Source of the DNA: a virus
Strand: one strand, 5' to 3'
Length of the DNA: 64,000 bases
Virus record (IMG/VR): IMGVR_UViG_3300013939_000002
Location: 1-64,000 of that record
Within the stretch, counting starts at the first letter, position 1, and every line of letters starts with the position of its first letter. The notes under the pieces are model-generated. The model saw only the letters and a program-made list of their open reading frames with translations. It was not told where the DNA came from and did no database searches. The position numbers and the translations under genes were made by a program. Of this stretch, positions 1 to 9,118 are shown one piece after another.

Positions 1-39
1 TGTGGTTTCTATTCTAAAAGCAAACGAGGAAAGAAGTGA
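1..39 (+). CDS. 3' end of a gene starting upstream of the window (partial)
   Basis: Frame 1 open from nt 1 to TGA 37-39; unidentifiable. Confidence 0.3.
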   Translation, partial: CGFYSKSKRGKK

Positions 40-124
40 GTTATACGCAGTTACCTGACCAGTTAGGATACTATTATGCTATCTATAAAGGACAATTCGT
101 TTCACGATCAAAAAATCTTAAAAC

Positions 125-295
125 ATGGGAGAAAATCTAATGGATAAACAAGAACGTTTTGAACTATTAGAAAATCAGAATGAAAATATGAAAAATTTCT
201 TGATTTCTTTGGCTGATAGTTTATACTTAACAGGAAGAAATGATGAACAGTTTCGTCAAATTTGCAAATTCTTAGAGGAACTTGAAAATGATTAA
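125..295 (+). CDS. small hypothetical protein (56 aa)
   Basis: ATG 125 (alt ATG 140) to TAA 293-295; below track cutoff; stop overlaps next start. Confidence 0.4.
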   Translation: MGENLMDKQERFELLENQNENMKNFLISLADSLYLTGRNDEQFRQICKFLEELEND

Positions 296-506
296 AGGTT
301 GGATTATTATCGGAATGGTTTTTGCAGCAATTGTTGTTTCAACATTGAGCTTTTCTGCAAAAGCAGAAGCATATGACCATTATACATTGGTTGATAGTTG
401 GGAGACAAGTTCTCAGACTGTTTGCCTTTATGAAAATGTTCGTGGAGATCAAACAACTGTTTCGATCACAAAAGGTCGTTCTTGCCCACGTTATCATGAG
501 GAATAA
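288..506 (+). CDS. small secreted or membrane-anchored protein
   Basis: Track ORF 282..506, ATG at 288; N-terminal hydrophobic signal-like segment IIIGMVFAAIVVSTLSFSAKA. Confidence 0.6.
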   Translation: MIKGWIIIGMVFAAIVVSTLSFSAKAEAYDHYTLVDSWETSSQTVCLYENVRGDQTTVSITKGRSCPRYHEE

Positions 507-510
507 AAAT

Positions 511-840
511 ATGAAAGTTGATAAAGAATTAAACAAACTCTTTATGGAAGCATTAGACCAAATCTCAGAAGAAAATAAAAAGCAAATTGATGATTTTGTA
601 AAAAGTGTTCTAGGAAATGCAGATAAAATCCTTAAACCTGTCATAATCAAAGCATTCTGCCGTGTTTGTGGAACAGAACAGGAGCAAGATTTGAATTATC
701 ATGGCCCAAGTTGTGCAGGATTTAGTTTTATTCCTTGTGGGCATTCAGTTCATTATGAAAAAGGAACAGAAATCTGGAGTGAAAATGGTTTTGTTGTCCC
801 AGAATCAGATTTGTTTGTTGAACCAAAGGATAAAGAATAA
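511..840 (+). CDS. hypothetical Cys/His-rich protein
   Basis: In-frame ATG 511 after GAGGAA; track start 373 would overlap previous gene; CRVCG...CGHSVH suggests metal binding. Confidence 0.6.
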   Translation: MKVDKELNKLFMEALDQISEENKKQIDDFVKSVLGNADKILKPVIIKAFCRVCGTEQEQDLNYHGPSCAGFSFIPCGHSVHYEKGTEIWSENGFVVPESDLFVEPKDKE

Positions 841-974
841 TGGAATCAGTCTGGCTTTTAACACGAGAACATAATGACTATGCCCAACATGGTGAATATT
901 TCGTTGAAGTTTATAAAGAAAAACCAAATTTTGAACAATTAGCAAAGCTTTATAAAAACAAGGAGAAAGGATGA
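840..974 (+). CDS. small hypothetical protein (44 aa)
   Basis: ATG 840 overlaps previous TAA (TAATG); TGA 972-974 overlaps next ATG 971. Confidence 0.4.
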   Translation: MESVWLLTREHNDYAQHGEYFVEVYKEKPNFEQLAKLYKNKEKG

Positions 975-1483
975 AAACTCTAGAAGTCTTGCTTGAAACT
1001 CACGTTTTGCGTGAAGGCGATCATTTCCGCTGGCGTTATATTGCTGAATACAGTGTATACACAACCGATAAATATTGGTGCAAATCATGTATGTGTATCT
1101 GGAATGGAAAAGATTTTAAAGATTTGTTCTGGAGTATGGGAAATAGTTCAGAAAGTTATACGTTACCTATAGATAAAGTCTTACTTTCGTTTATGGGAAA
1201 CATTAACGACTATGAGAAATGCCAAGAACATAAGTTAAAGTATTACGATGATGCTGATATTTTAAACCGACAACATTCAAACAACAGTGCAAATTGGGGA
1301 AATTGTTTCTTCATTAAGAAAGGTGCTCAGCGTTCTCGTGAAAAGATGAAACATCACGTTCTTCTTAAACTCGAAGAAGCAGAGTATGAAATCCGTTCTG
1401 CAACCAACAAGAAAAATCAGGCATTAAAAGAAATTGACGACTTGAACAACCCTGATTATAATATTGACAACATTTATATTTAA
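971..1483 (+). CDS. hypothetical protein
   Basis: Track ORF; AGGAGAAAGG RBS directly upstream. Confidence 0.7.
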   Translation: MKTLEVLLETHVLREGDHFRWRYIAEYSVYTTDKYWCKSCMCIWNGKDFKDLFWSMGNSSESYTLPIDKVLLSFMGNINDYEKCQEHKLKYYDDADILNRQHSNNSANWGNCFFIKKGAQRSREKMKHHVLLKLEEAEYEIRSATNKKNQALKEIDDLNNPDYNIDNIYI

Positions 1484-1494
1484 GGAGAAACTAA

Positions 1495-1698
1495 ATGAAT
1501 AAACCTTTTGACACAGAATTTCGAACTGTTGTTTTCCAAGTTACAGATCCAACCAAGTTCAATCAAGTTTGGTCAGATTTCTGCAACCAAATGGCAACCA
1601 ATTCAGAAGTTAATGGTTGTCATGTAACCGGTCTTAGCTACGGAGATGTATTCCAAGAAGTTGAGAAACTAGAAGAAGAACTTGAGAGTAAATGGTAA
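1495..1698 (+). CDS. hypothetical protein
   Basis: Track ORF; AAGGAGAAA RBS upstream. Confidence 0.65.
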   Translation: MNKPFDTEFRTVVFQVTDPTKFNQVWSDFCNQMATNSEVNGCHVTGLSYGDVFQEVEKLEEELESKW

Positions 1699-1943
1699 TG
1701 AGTCCAAGCACACGCAGATACAAAGAAGCTGTTAAAAGAGGGCAACAGGATGCTTATAGCGGAAAATATAATCCACCAGAACATTTTGATGAACGACAGC
1801 TGAGGTTGTATGACAAACACTATAATGAAACTAAGAATAAGTGTGAACAGATTGAATTAGATGCTGAATTTATGGCTAATGCTTATGGTTTCACTTATGT
1901 CCGAGATATTAATGGAAAATTTAAGTTGGAGAAATTAGATTGA
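1692..1943 (+). CDS. hypothetical protein
   Basis: Track ORF; start overlaps previous stop, stop overlaps ligase TTG start. Confidence 0.65.
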   Translation: MVMSPSTRRYKEAVKRGQQDAYSGKYNPPEHFDERQLRLYDKHYNETKNKCEQIELDAEFMANAYGFTYVRDINGKFKLEKLD

Positions 1944-4087
1944 AACAAATTGGAAAGACACTATACGCAGCAAACAAAGATGGCTCTGCCCAGCAATGGT
2001 CTGTGTTTGTTGATGGAAGTACTATAACTGTTGAATACGGAAAACATAACGGAAAATTGCAAACAAAACAGACAATTTGTGAATCAAAAAATGTTGGGAA
2101 GGTCAACGAGACAACACCAGAACAACAAGCAACCTTAGAAGCTGAGTCTAAATATCGTGATCAAATTCGTAAAGGTTATGTAGAATCAATTGATGATGTT
2201 TCGTTCTCTACAGATAAGACGCGGGTAATGCTTGCACAGGATGCTTCCAAGAAGCCACACTTTGTTAAATATCCGTGCCATACACAACCGAAACTTGACG
2301 GATGCTTTACGTACGCAACTAAAGTGCTGACTAATATCGGCTTGGTTTGCATTGGAGATATTGTAGAAAATAAAATGAAATTGTTGGTGCTCAGCTATAA
2401 CGAAAAAACTGAAAAATTAGAATATAAAAAGATTACCAACTATTTTAATAACGGATTAAAACAAAAAGAAGAGTGGTTACGTTTTGATAACAACGCCATA
2501 ACAAAAAATCATAAAATATTGACAGATGCAGGGTGGAAGCCTTATGGTGAGTCAAATCACATGTTATCACCAAATCCAAAGTATCTAGGTATTGTTTGTG
2601 GCATGCTACTCGGAGATTCTATTGCCAACATAGAAAAAAGAAATCTTTCTATTAACACACCCACATCGTGGAGGTTGGATTACAATGTAGGAGGAGAGGA
2701 TTTTCAGTATGGTTTAGAGAAATCAAAATTATTAAAAGATATTAGTTATAGATGTAGGGATAGGCTTTCTGGATATAACAAACCTTGTCAACAATACGTA
2801 TCTACCGCAATGACTAACAACTCTTTTCCTTTGTCAATATTCTACACAACAGATAAAACAGACGATAATTTCGGAAGGAGGGTTACGATTATAGACAGAA
2901 AATTACTGGAAAGTGTATTTACAGATGAGTCACTAGCATTATGGTATTTTGACGATGGTTCTTTGCACTACAATAACGGGAATAAAGAAACCCCAAGGAT
3001 GTTCTTAAGTGTCGCAAGGTACTCCGACGAGACAATAGAAGGTTTTGTGGAGCTTTTTAAAAAGAAGTACAATGTTACTCCATCACTAGGTTATTATGGA
3101 AAAGATAAACGACTTTCTTTCAATACAAAAGATTCTACTTATCTTTTTTGGAAAATATCAAGAATTGCCGGTAATTTGTTGCCTAGAAAAATACCAGAAG
3201 GTTTTAGTTGTGGTAGTATTGAACCACAAGACCAATTAATTAACATTACAATTGAACATAAAAATGCTTCTTTAGGTGGTTTACCGCAATTTGCATTTGA
3301 TATAGAAGTTGAAGATAATCACAATTACTTTGCTAATAATAAGCTGGTACATAATTGCCGCTCTTTAATCACTTTTGACGACAATGGAGAACCTGTATTT
3401 AATAGTCGTGGTGCTAAAGTTTATCCAAAACATGAACATTTAGCTGAACAACTAAAACAGTTGCGTTTAGAAACAGGATTTGATAGTTTTGATGGTGAAC
3501 TGTATGTTCACGGACTTCCGTTGCAAAAGATTGTAAGTCTAGTAAAGAAAGTTCAACCTGATAGTTCAAAACTTGAATATCGAATTTATGATATTCCAAG
3601 TGAAAAGGTTTGGTCTGAACGAGAAAAAGATTTGACAGAGTTATCAAAGCATGTTAAATTGAATATCTCTACAGTTCCTGTAACAGTTTGCAATAATGAA
3701 CAAGAAGCCAAAGAATCTATTCATGAGTATATGGAGCAAGGCTACGAAGGAACGATTCTGCGCAATATGAATGGAAAATACGAGTTTGGGCAACGAAGTA
3801 ATGATTTGCTAAAATGGAAAGTGTTTGAAAGCGATGAAGCTTTAGTATACGATGCTGAAATTGATAAAAATGGAGAAGGTGTTCTGCTGTGCAAAATGCA
3901 GAATGGAACAGAGTTTCGTTGCAAAATGAAAGGAACACACGAAGAGCGCCTATATGAAGAACAGTTGAAACTTGTTGGAAAATATATTACCTTTACTTAT
4001 CAAACCTTAACGGTTGATGGTGTTCCACAGTTTCCGGTTGGAATTTCTGTGCGAGAATTAAATGAAAATTGGGAACCTTTAGAATGA
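1940..4087 (+). CDS. ATP-dependent DNA ligase, intein-containing precursor (715 aa; mature about 364 aa)
   Basis: Motif I KLDG (aa 118-121) followed by a Cys-initiated insert; after ...LVHN the extein resumes CRSLITF; downstream ligase motifs SFDGELY, EGTILR, LLKWK. Confidence 0.9.
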   Translation: MKQIGKTLYAANKDGSAQQWSVFVDGSTITVEYGKHNGKLQTKQTICESKNVGKVNETTPEQQATLEAESKYRDQIRKGYVESIDDVSFSTDKTRVMLAQDASKKPHFVKYPCHTQPKLDGCFTYATKVLTNIGLVCIGDIVENKMKLLVLSYNEKTEKLEYKKITNYFNNGLKQKEEWLRFDNNAITKNHKILTDAGWKPYGESNHMLSPNPKYLGIVCGMLLGDSIANIEKRNLSINTPTSWRLDYNVGGEDFQYGLEKSKLLKDISYRCRDRLSGYNKPCQQYVSTAMTNNSFPLSIFYTTDKTDDNFGRRVTIIDRKLLESVFTDESLALWYFDDGSLHYNNGNKETPRMFLSVARYSDETIEGFVELFKKKYNVTPSLGYYGKDKRLSFNTKDSTYLFWKISRIAGNLLPRKIPEGFSCGSIEPQDQLINITIEHKNASLGGLPQFAFDIEVEDNHNYFANNKLVHNCRSLITFDDNGEPVFNSRGAKVYPKHEHLAEQLKQLRLETGFDSFDGELYVHGLPLQKIVSLVKKVQPDSSKLEYRIYDIPSEKVWSEREKDLTELSKHVKLNISTVPVTVCNNEQEAKESIHEYMEQGYEGTILRNMNGKYEFGQRSNDLLKWKVFESDEALVYDAEIDKNGEGVLLCKMQNGTEFRCKMKGTHEERLYEEQLKLVGKYITFTYQTLTVDGVPQFPVGISVRELNENWEPLE
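2303..3355 (+). mobile_element. intein (351 aa) with LAGLIDADG homing-endonuclease domain, inserted in ligase motif I
   Basis: Starts CFTYATKVLT (block A), TKNHKILT (block B TxxH), LAGLIDADG-like LLGDSIANIEK and WYFDDGSL, ends DNHNYFANNKLVHN followed by +1 Cys. Confidence 0.9.
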
Positions 4088-4290
4088 AAGACTGCGTAGG
4101 TGCACAAATCAGAAAAGAACAAGAAATTGTAGCATGGTTTAATTGTTATGTGTCAGTTAACTACAAAGATCCGCATACTGAGTTTGCAAGTAAACTTGAC
4201 ATTCCCCGCAGTGTTGCTAAACAATTAGCATACCGGATTGCACATGAAGTGTCACGTTCTGTTTTATTGCAACAATATAAAGGAGAATGA
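4084..4290 (+). CDS. hypothetical protein
   Basis: ATG 4084 overlaps ligase TGA (ATGA); in frame with track ORF 4069..4290. Confidence 0.6.
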   Translation: MKDCVGAQIRKEQEIVAWFNCYVSVNYKDPHTEFASKLDIPRSVAKQLAYRIAHEVSRSVLLQQYKGE

Positions 4291-4652
4291 TTAAGATGAA
4301 AGATAAACAATTTATTAAAGATGCAATCCGTACAGAATCCCCTAATTTCTTTCAACCTAACGTTCGGATTCTCCATGCCGCTATTGGATGTGTAACAGAA
4401 TCAGGTGAATTGTTGGATGCACTAAAGAAACAAATGTTTTATGGTCGTGAGTTGGATGTTGTTAATGTTAAAGAAGAAGCCGGAGACATTCTTTGGTATC
4501 TTGCAATTCTGTTTGATGAACTTGGTACAGATTTTGAAACAGAAGCTAATCGTGTTATCAATAAACTAAAAACACGTTTTCCTGATAAATTTACAGAAGA
4601 AACTGTTTATAATCGTGACCTAAAGACTGAACGAAAAGTTCTTGAAGAGTGA
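4287..4652 (+). CDS. mazG: MazG-like nucleoside triphosphate pyrophosphohydrolase
   Basis: ESGELLDALKK ... EEAGDILWYLAIL matches the MazG EExxE/D helix pattern. Confidence 0.8.
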   Translation: MIKMKDKQFIKDAIRTESPNFFQPNVRILHAAIGCVTESGELLDALKKQMFYGRELDVVNVKEEAGDILWYLAILFDELGTDFETEANRVINKLKTRFPDKFTEETVYNRDLKTERKVLEE

Positions 4653-4659
4653 CCTTAAT

Positions 4660-4836
4660 ATGGAACGAACACAAAGATTTAAAAAGATTCTGATAGAAAA
4701 CCAAGATAATTTTGATGTTGATGAAAATGGTTGCATTCATACAAAAACATCTGTTATAATTGAAAAACTGAAATCTTTGAACAACGATTCCAAAGAAAAT
4801 TCAGAAACAGACAAGAAAACAGTTGATAAACTGTAG
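4660..4836 (+). CDS. hypothetical protein
   Basis: In-frame ATG 4660 within track ORF 4642..4836. Confidence 0.5.
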   Translation: MERTQRFKKILIENQDNFDVDENGCIHTKTSVIIEKLKSLNNDSKENSETDKKTVDKL

Positions 4837-4851
4837 AAACTTTGGTAGAAT
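4823..4851 (+). promoter_or_regulatory. sigma70-like promoter TTGATA-17-TAGAAT (TG-extended)
   Basis: TTGATA 4823-4828, 17-nt spacer, TGgTAGAAT ending 4851; upstream of gene 4909. Confidence 0.65.
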
Positions 4852-4908
4852 ATAAGAAACACAATATCAGTGTTTTGTGTTAAAACTTAAAATAAGAGGA
4901 GAAACAAG

Positions 4909-5190
4909 ATGGAAATTTTGAATATCAATGAAAATAACGACTATACTGTATCACTGTCACAAACTGAAATTAATTTGTTGAACGAGTTGCTGGCTTTTGT
5001 TAATCCATATAAAGGTGATTTTCCTTTGGTGAAAGAAACATTCCAGTCTTTATCAGAAGTTATCAATGAAGTTTCAACTTTTGAGTTTGAAGAAGTCTTT
5101 ACCTCTAATATCAATATCTCTAAACGTGGGAACACAATTATCCTAGAAGATTTTGAAATTGTTCCAACCAAAGATTTGTTTGAAATTTAA
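4909..5190 (+). CDS. hypothetical protein
   Basis: Track ORF; AGAGGAGAAA RBS. Confidence 0.65.
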   Translation: MEILNINENNDYTVSLSQTEINLLNELLAFVNPYKGDFPLVKETFQSLSEVINEVSTFEFEEVFTSNINISKRGNTIILEDFEIVPTKDLFEI

Positions 5191-5214
5191 TTAAAATAAA
5201 TAAGGAGAAATAAA

Positions 5215-5511
5215 ATGGCTAAAGTAGAACTGATTGATAACCTGCCGTCTGATATTAACGAGCGTAAGCGTCTGTCTAAAACAATTGATGAACTTGTAGA
5301 ACTGATGCTTAAACTTGAAGATACAAAAGAATATATTAAAGGTATTCTGGAAACAGAAAAAGAAACACACCACTACAAACCAAGCATGTTGAAATTTTAT
5401 GCTAAATTGGAGTTTGATAAGCAATACAAAGCAGAGAAAGAACGCAAAGCATTGGAAGAAAAAGTAGAGAAAATGGCAGAACTAGATATCCTGATGGGAC
5501 GTTCTGAATAA
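5215..5511 (+). CDS. hypothetical protein
   Basis: Track ORF; AAGGAGAAA RBS. Confidence 0.65.
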   Translation: MAKVELIDNLPSDINERKRLSKTIDELVELMLKLEDTKEYIKGILETEKETHHYKPSMLKFYAKLEFDKQYKAEKERKALEEKVEKMAELDILMGRSE

Positions 5512-5530
5512 CAAAAGAATAAACTTAACT

Positions 5531-5558
5531 GAGCCTCTAATTAAGAGGCTCTTTTATT
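5531..5558 (+). terminator. rho-independent terminator
   Basis: GAGCCTC-taattaa-GAGGCTC followed by TTTTATT. Confidence 0.8.
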
Positions 5559-5572
5559 AGAGAGGAGGAATA

Positions 5573-6676
5573 TTGAGCTATCCATATATTGACAATATTA
5601 AAGAATTAATTCGTCCTGAAACAGTTGTTGTGTTTGATGCTGACCAAACCTGTTTTACAAGTGCTGCTTCATCAGAGAAACGTGAAATTCGTGTAATCTC
5701 GAAAGCATACGGAATTGATATGCGTTTTAAAACACGAACTGAGTTTTATGGGCGAAAAAAGAAAGAGTTAGGTGGTTGGTTATATGACCAGAATATAATG
5801 CGTGAAGTTCAAAAGAAACCTTTATTTAAAAAAGAAGATTTTGAAATAGTTGATGTCCAGATTCCAGACGACGAGAGTCATTGTTATTATGCAATCAAAT
5901 TGAAAATCAATTCTGTCTTAGACAACTTAGGTTTAACCAAATATGTTTGCTTGTTAGGTGGAAAAGGAAATTTCAGGTTAGATACACCTTTACCTCAGCA
6001 ATACAAAAGCAACCGAGATGGTTTGTTGCGACCAGTCTTATTGGACAAAGCAAGAGAATATGTAGCAAAACACCATAACGCTAAGATTATAGATTCATTT
6101 GAAGCTGATGACGTTTGTCGTGCTTATGCTGAGACTGGCTATCAACACTATTTAAAATATGGCTGGTTTAACTATATCATAGTGAGTTTCGATAAAGATC
6201 AGCGCGGGTTCAGCGGGCTGATTATTGACCCTTTGAGTCGAGATGGTAAATTAGTTCACGAAAAACCTATGTTGATTGACGAAGGTGTTGGTGAAATCTG
6301 GTTAGAAAAATCCAATGTTAAAGGTTATGGTTTTAAGTGGTTGTGCCTACAGTGTGTTACAGGAGATTCAACTGACGGTATATTACCTTACCAACCTTTC
6401 GGAATTACATTTGGTGCAAGTAGTGCATACAAACTGTTAGGAACATGCACAACAAAAGCAGAATGTTTAGAGAAAGTAGCACAACAATATGTAGATTGGT
6501 TTCCAGATGGTGTTGAATTTACTGATTTTACAGGAAAAGAACAGAAATTCAGTGCAGGCCAATGGCTTGAAATTATTTTCAGTTTAGTTTACATGAAAAA
6601 ATCACGAGATGATAAAACAACATTCTTTTCTTTAATGAAAGAACACAATGCAAAACTTCCCAAGAAAAAGGAATAA
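5573..6676 (+). CDS. flap endonuclease / 5'-3' exonuclease (T5 D15 / RNase H-like)
   Basis: TTG start after GAGGAGGA; FEN motifs QQYKSNR, FEADDV, SFDKDQ, GDSTDGILPY. Confidence 0.85.
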   Translation: MSYPYIDNIKELIRPETVVVFDADQTCFTSAASSEKREIRVISKAYGIDMRFKTRTEFYGRKKKELGGWLYDQNIMREVQKKPLFKKEDFEIVDVQIPDDESHCYYAIKLKINSVLDNLGLTKYVCLLGGKGNFRLDTPLPQQYKSNRDGLLRPVLLDKAREYVAKHHNAKIIDSFEADDVCRAYAETGYQHYLKYGWFNYIIVSFDKDQRGFSGLIIDPLSRDGKLVHEKPMLIDEGVGEIWLEKSNVKGYGFKWLCLQCVTGDSTDGILPYQPFGITFGASSAYKLLGTCTTKAECLEKVAQQYVDWFPDGVEFTDFTGKEQKFSAGQWLEIIFSLVYMKKSRDDKTTFFSLMKEHNAKLPKKKE

Positions 6677-6677
6677 T

Positions 6678-6848
6678 ATGGCACATTTCTATTGCAATTC
6701 TGGATTCTTTGTGATACAGTTGTTTTGTTATAGGTTCTCCGTTATTAACAGAAACAAGAATCCTGATGTTTCAAATTATGTTGGAATGAACAACAAGCCT
6801 AAAACCTTCAAGTTTTATAAGTATGAATTTAAGTTGGAACGAGTTTAA
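6678..6848 (+). CDS. hypothetical protein (56 aa)
   Basis: ATG 6678 after AAAGGAATAAT; in frame with track ORF 6648..6848; N-terminal half is low complexity. Confidence 0.35.
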   Translation: MAHFYCNSGFFVIQLFCYRFSVINRNKNPDVSNYVGMNNKPKTFKFYKYEFKLERV

Positions 6849-6864
6849 ATAAGAGGAATAAATT

Positions 6865-7044
6865 ATGAATGAATCAAACATGACAGACTTGAACATTAAA
6901 GAAAAACTGGATATTCGTTTTGATTATAAGAAATTCAAAGCCAAACGTTTGAAGCGTTTTGATGGGCAACCTTTATCAGAAGAATTGCTGCAAGAGTTGC
7001 AAGACGTTCTTTCCAATGCTGTTGTTTATGGAATTAAGAAGTAA
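6865..7044 (+). CDS. small hypothetical protein (59 aa)
   Basis: ATG 6865 after AAGAGGAATAAATT; TAA 7042-7044 overlaps next ATG; just below track cutoff. Confidence 0.5.
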   Translation: MNESNMTDLNIKEKLDIRFDYKKFKAKRLKRFDGQPLSEELLQELQDVLSNAVVYGIKK

Positions 7045-7238
7045 TGAAACTAGAGATCAGAAAAGCTAAACAAGATAGTTTTTGTAGGTGCTGTGATGAA
7101 CCCTTGCGTAAAGGTGTTGATAATCTTGTTTATATGTTCAGTTATAGGAACCGAGGACAAAATATTTTATTGTGTTTTGACTGTATTGATTTAATCACTG
7201 AGAAAGTAAGTGAATACAAAGCAAACGAGGAAATTTGA
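7044..7238 (+). CDS. zinc-ribbon protein
   Basis: Track ORF; CRCC ... CFDC cysteine pairs. Confidence 0.6.
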   Translation: MKLEIRKAKQDSFCRCCDEPLRKGVDNLVYMFSYRNRGQNILLCFDCIDLITEKVSEYKANEEI

Positions 7239-7816
7239 ATAAAAATAATCAAGAGGTAATACGTGTAATTTCATGTGACCAGTCAACAAGTCATTGTGCA
7301 GTTGTATTTTGGGAAAACGGAAAGCCAATCAAAAAACAAATTATTAGGACTGGTTCAACACACTCTAAAACAAAATATAAAGGGGTTAATTATTTTCCTA
7401 TTATTACACAGCAGATTGATTTTGTTTGTGACACTCTATGCGAGTATGTTGAGGAGTTTCAACCCAACTATTTTGTTCTTGAAAGCCCTGCTATGAGCGC
7501 ATTCGGTGACGCTAAAGCAACACTATTGACATTGTTCCGCGCAATTAATGAAACTCTAGTTGAAAAAACATATTTGACAAAAGAACAGATCTCAAGTTAT
7601 ACTCCAACAAGTGTCAAAGCTTTTGCTCGTGAATATCTTCCTGAGGAAGAAAGATTTGTTAATAACAAGAAGAGGAAAATGGAAAAAGGGGACATGATTA
7701 GAGCCTGTAACTTAACAGAGACTGGTTTTCTTGATGGGTTAACATTAGCAGCAGGGAAGGCAGACTATGCAGATGCTTATTTTATAGGTCTTAAATTCAT
7801 CGCAGAAAATTGTTGA
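7235..7816 (+). CDS. RuvC-like Holliday junction resolvase
   Basis: VISCDQSTS (Asp), VLESPA (Glu), ADYADAYFIG acidic C-terminal motif; RNase H-fold pattern. Confidence 0.65.
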   Translation: MNKNNQEVIRVISCDQSTSHCAVVFWENGKPIKKQIIRTGSTHSKTKYKGVNYFPIITQQIDFVCDTLCEYVEEFQPNYFVLESPAMSAFGDAKATLLTLFRAINETLVEKTYLTKEQISSYTPTSVKAFAREYLPEEERFVNNKKRKMEKGDMIRACNLTETGFLDGLTLAAGKADYADAYFIGLKFIAENC

Positions 7817-7836
7817 ACGAATTATAGGTTAACGTT

Positions 7837-7986
7837 ATGATTTCTAAAATTCTAAACGTTTTAACGGGAATCAATATTCAAGAAACTGTAGATTTTATTG
7901 TTAAAGTTCACAAAGCAGGTGAGATTGAAAGACTGGAAGTTTCACCTAGAGGTGGACTTGTTTTAACTAGAAAGAAGGAGAAATAA
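7837..7986 (+). CDS. small hypothetical protein (49 aa)
   Basis: ATG 7837 to TAA 7984-7986; fills the gap between flanking genes. Confidence 0.4.
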   Translation: MISKILNVLTGINIQETVDFIVKVHKAGEIERLEVSPRGGLVLTRKKEK

Positions 7987-7987
7987 T

Positions 7988-8305
7988 ATGTACGATTCAT
8001 CTTATAATGCAAACCCGAATATTACACTGAATCCTTTTACCGATTCATTAGAAGCAGTTATTGTTTTTAAAGCAAACAAAGAATTTCTTGATTCATTGAC
8101 CAAAGCAGTTGTTGATTGTGGTGGAAATCCAGAAAATGTTGTTCGTCCAGATATTACATTAACAGAATTGATGAACAAACTCTCAATTAATGGTGTCCGG
8201 TTTGTATTTGATGTTAATGCAAAGAAAGGTGGAAGCACTGTTATTCCAGAAAATTCAGATGTTCCTACTACACCAGCACCAGAACCTACATTACCTTCTA
8301 TTTAA
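7988..8305 (+). CDS. hypothetical protein
   Basis: Track ORF; AAGGAGAAATAAT RBS. Confidence 0.6.
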   Translation: MYDSSYNANPNITLNPFTDSLEAVIVFKANKEFLDSLTKAVVDCGGNPENVVRPDITLTELMNKLSINGVRFVFDVNAKKGGSTVIPENSDVPTTPAPEPTLPSI

Positions 8306-8317
8306 TTGGAGACATTA

Positions 8318-8548
8318 ATGGTTATTTCAAAAATCGGAGATGAAGTTCTTGTAGAACACAGCTTGTTCACAATCATCAAGGTTGGTGATCTAATGAAGAT
8401 TGAATTTAAATCACGAGTTGAATCCATCCGAAAAGCAAAAGTTATTGCTAAAGAATTATCTAAAGTTTTAAAACAGATTGATAATAGTGAACAAGAACTA
8501 GCGTTAAAGGAATTAACTGATTTATCTCAAGAACTGAAACTTTATTAA
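8318..8548 (+). CDS. hypothetical protein
   Basis: ATG 8318 after GGAGACATTA; in frame with track ORF 8306..8548. Confidence 0.6.
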   Translation: MVISKIGDEVLVEHSLFTIIKVGDLMKIEFKSRVESIRKAKVIAKELSKVLKQIDNSEQELALKELTDLSQELKLY

Positions 8549-8569
8549 TATTACCAATTCGGAGAAATA

Positions 8570-9118
8570 TTGAGACGTAGATACCGAAAGAAAACAGTTT
8601 CAAAAACAACTAGCCGAAGAAAGACCTATAACTTCCAATACAATAAAGAATTATGGGTTCGAGGTTCAAGGGAAATCAAGAAGTTCAGGGATGAGCTTCT
8701 TCCTGATGCTCTTATCTTAGAAGGGCTTCTTTTTGGTGAATCGGGGATGGCACAACCTTGTTTAGATCATGACCACAAGACAGGGTATTGCCGTGGAGTC
8801 GCAAGAAGTGATGCTAACTTATTTTTAGGCCGCATTGAACTCTATCACCGAAAACTATTTGGAAAAACAGATGTTGATTTATTGACAGTTTTAAAGTATA
8901 TTATAAACTACCTTGAACAATCAGAACGTGTTCCAAAGAAGTTGCATTTTGGAATTGTTGAAGCTGAAGTTAAAAGAGTAAGCAGATGGAAGACAGAAAC
9001 AATTTATTCTAAATTAGTTGAGAAAAACCTTGACCTTTTAGATATAGATAGCTATAATAAACAAACTTTAATTGAGATGTATATAAACCAATTTATAAAG
9101 GAAAAAGAGAATGATTAA
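8570..9118 (+). CDS. endonuclease VII-family (His-Me finger/HNH) nuclease
   Basis: CLDHDHKTGYCRGVARSDANLFLG matches the Endo VII DHDHxTGxxRG core. Confidence 0.75.
   Translation: MRRRYRKKTVSKTTSRRKTYNFQYNKELWVRGSREIKKFRDELLPDALILEGLLFGESGMAQPCLDHDHKTGYCRGVARSDANLFLGRIELYHRKLFGKTDVDLLTVLKYIINYLEQSERVPKKLHFGIVEAEVKRVSRWKTETIYSKLVEKNLDLLDIDSYNKQTLIEMYINQFIKEKEND

Noticed and set aside
339-650. Antisense or overlapping track ORFs inside confidently assigned genes (e.g. 339..650-, 3414..3647-, 5881..6078+, 7275..7496+, 11312..11644-, 18334..18642-, 23913..24308-, 25065..25433-, 54880..55110+, 61830..62315-)
   Set aside because: They lie opposite to, or out of frame within, genes with clear homology or strong RBS and packing logic. 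Their products are low-complexity. Typical shadow ORFs of AT-rich DNA.
373-840. Longer track starts for several genes (373, 4069, 4642, 6648, 15167, 16444, 16661, 25861, 30031, 41720, 47439, 53578, 56191, 56594, 61039)
   Set aside because: In each case an internal in-frame start sits 5-10 nt after an AGGAG-like RBS and removes a long overlap with the upstream gene, so the shorter models were preferred.
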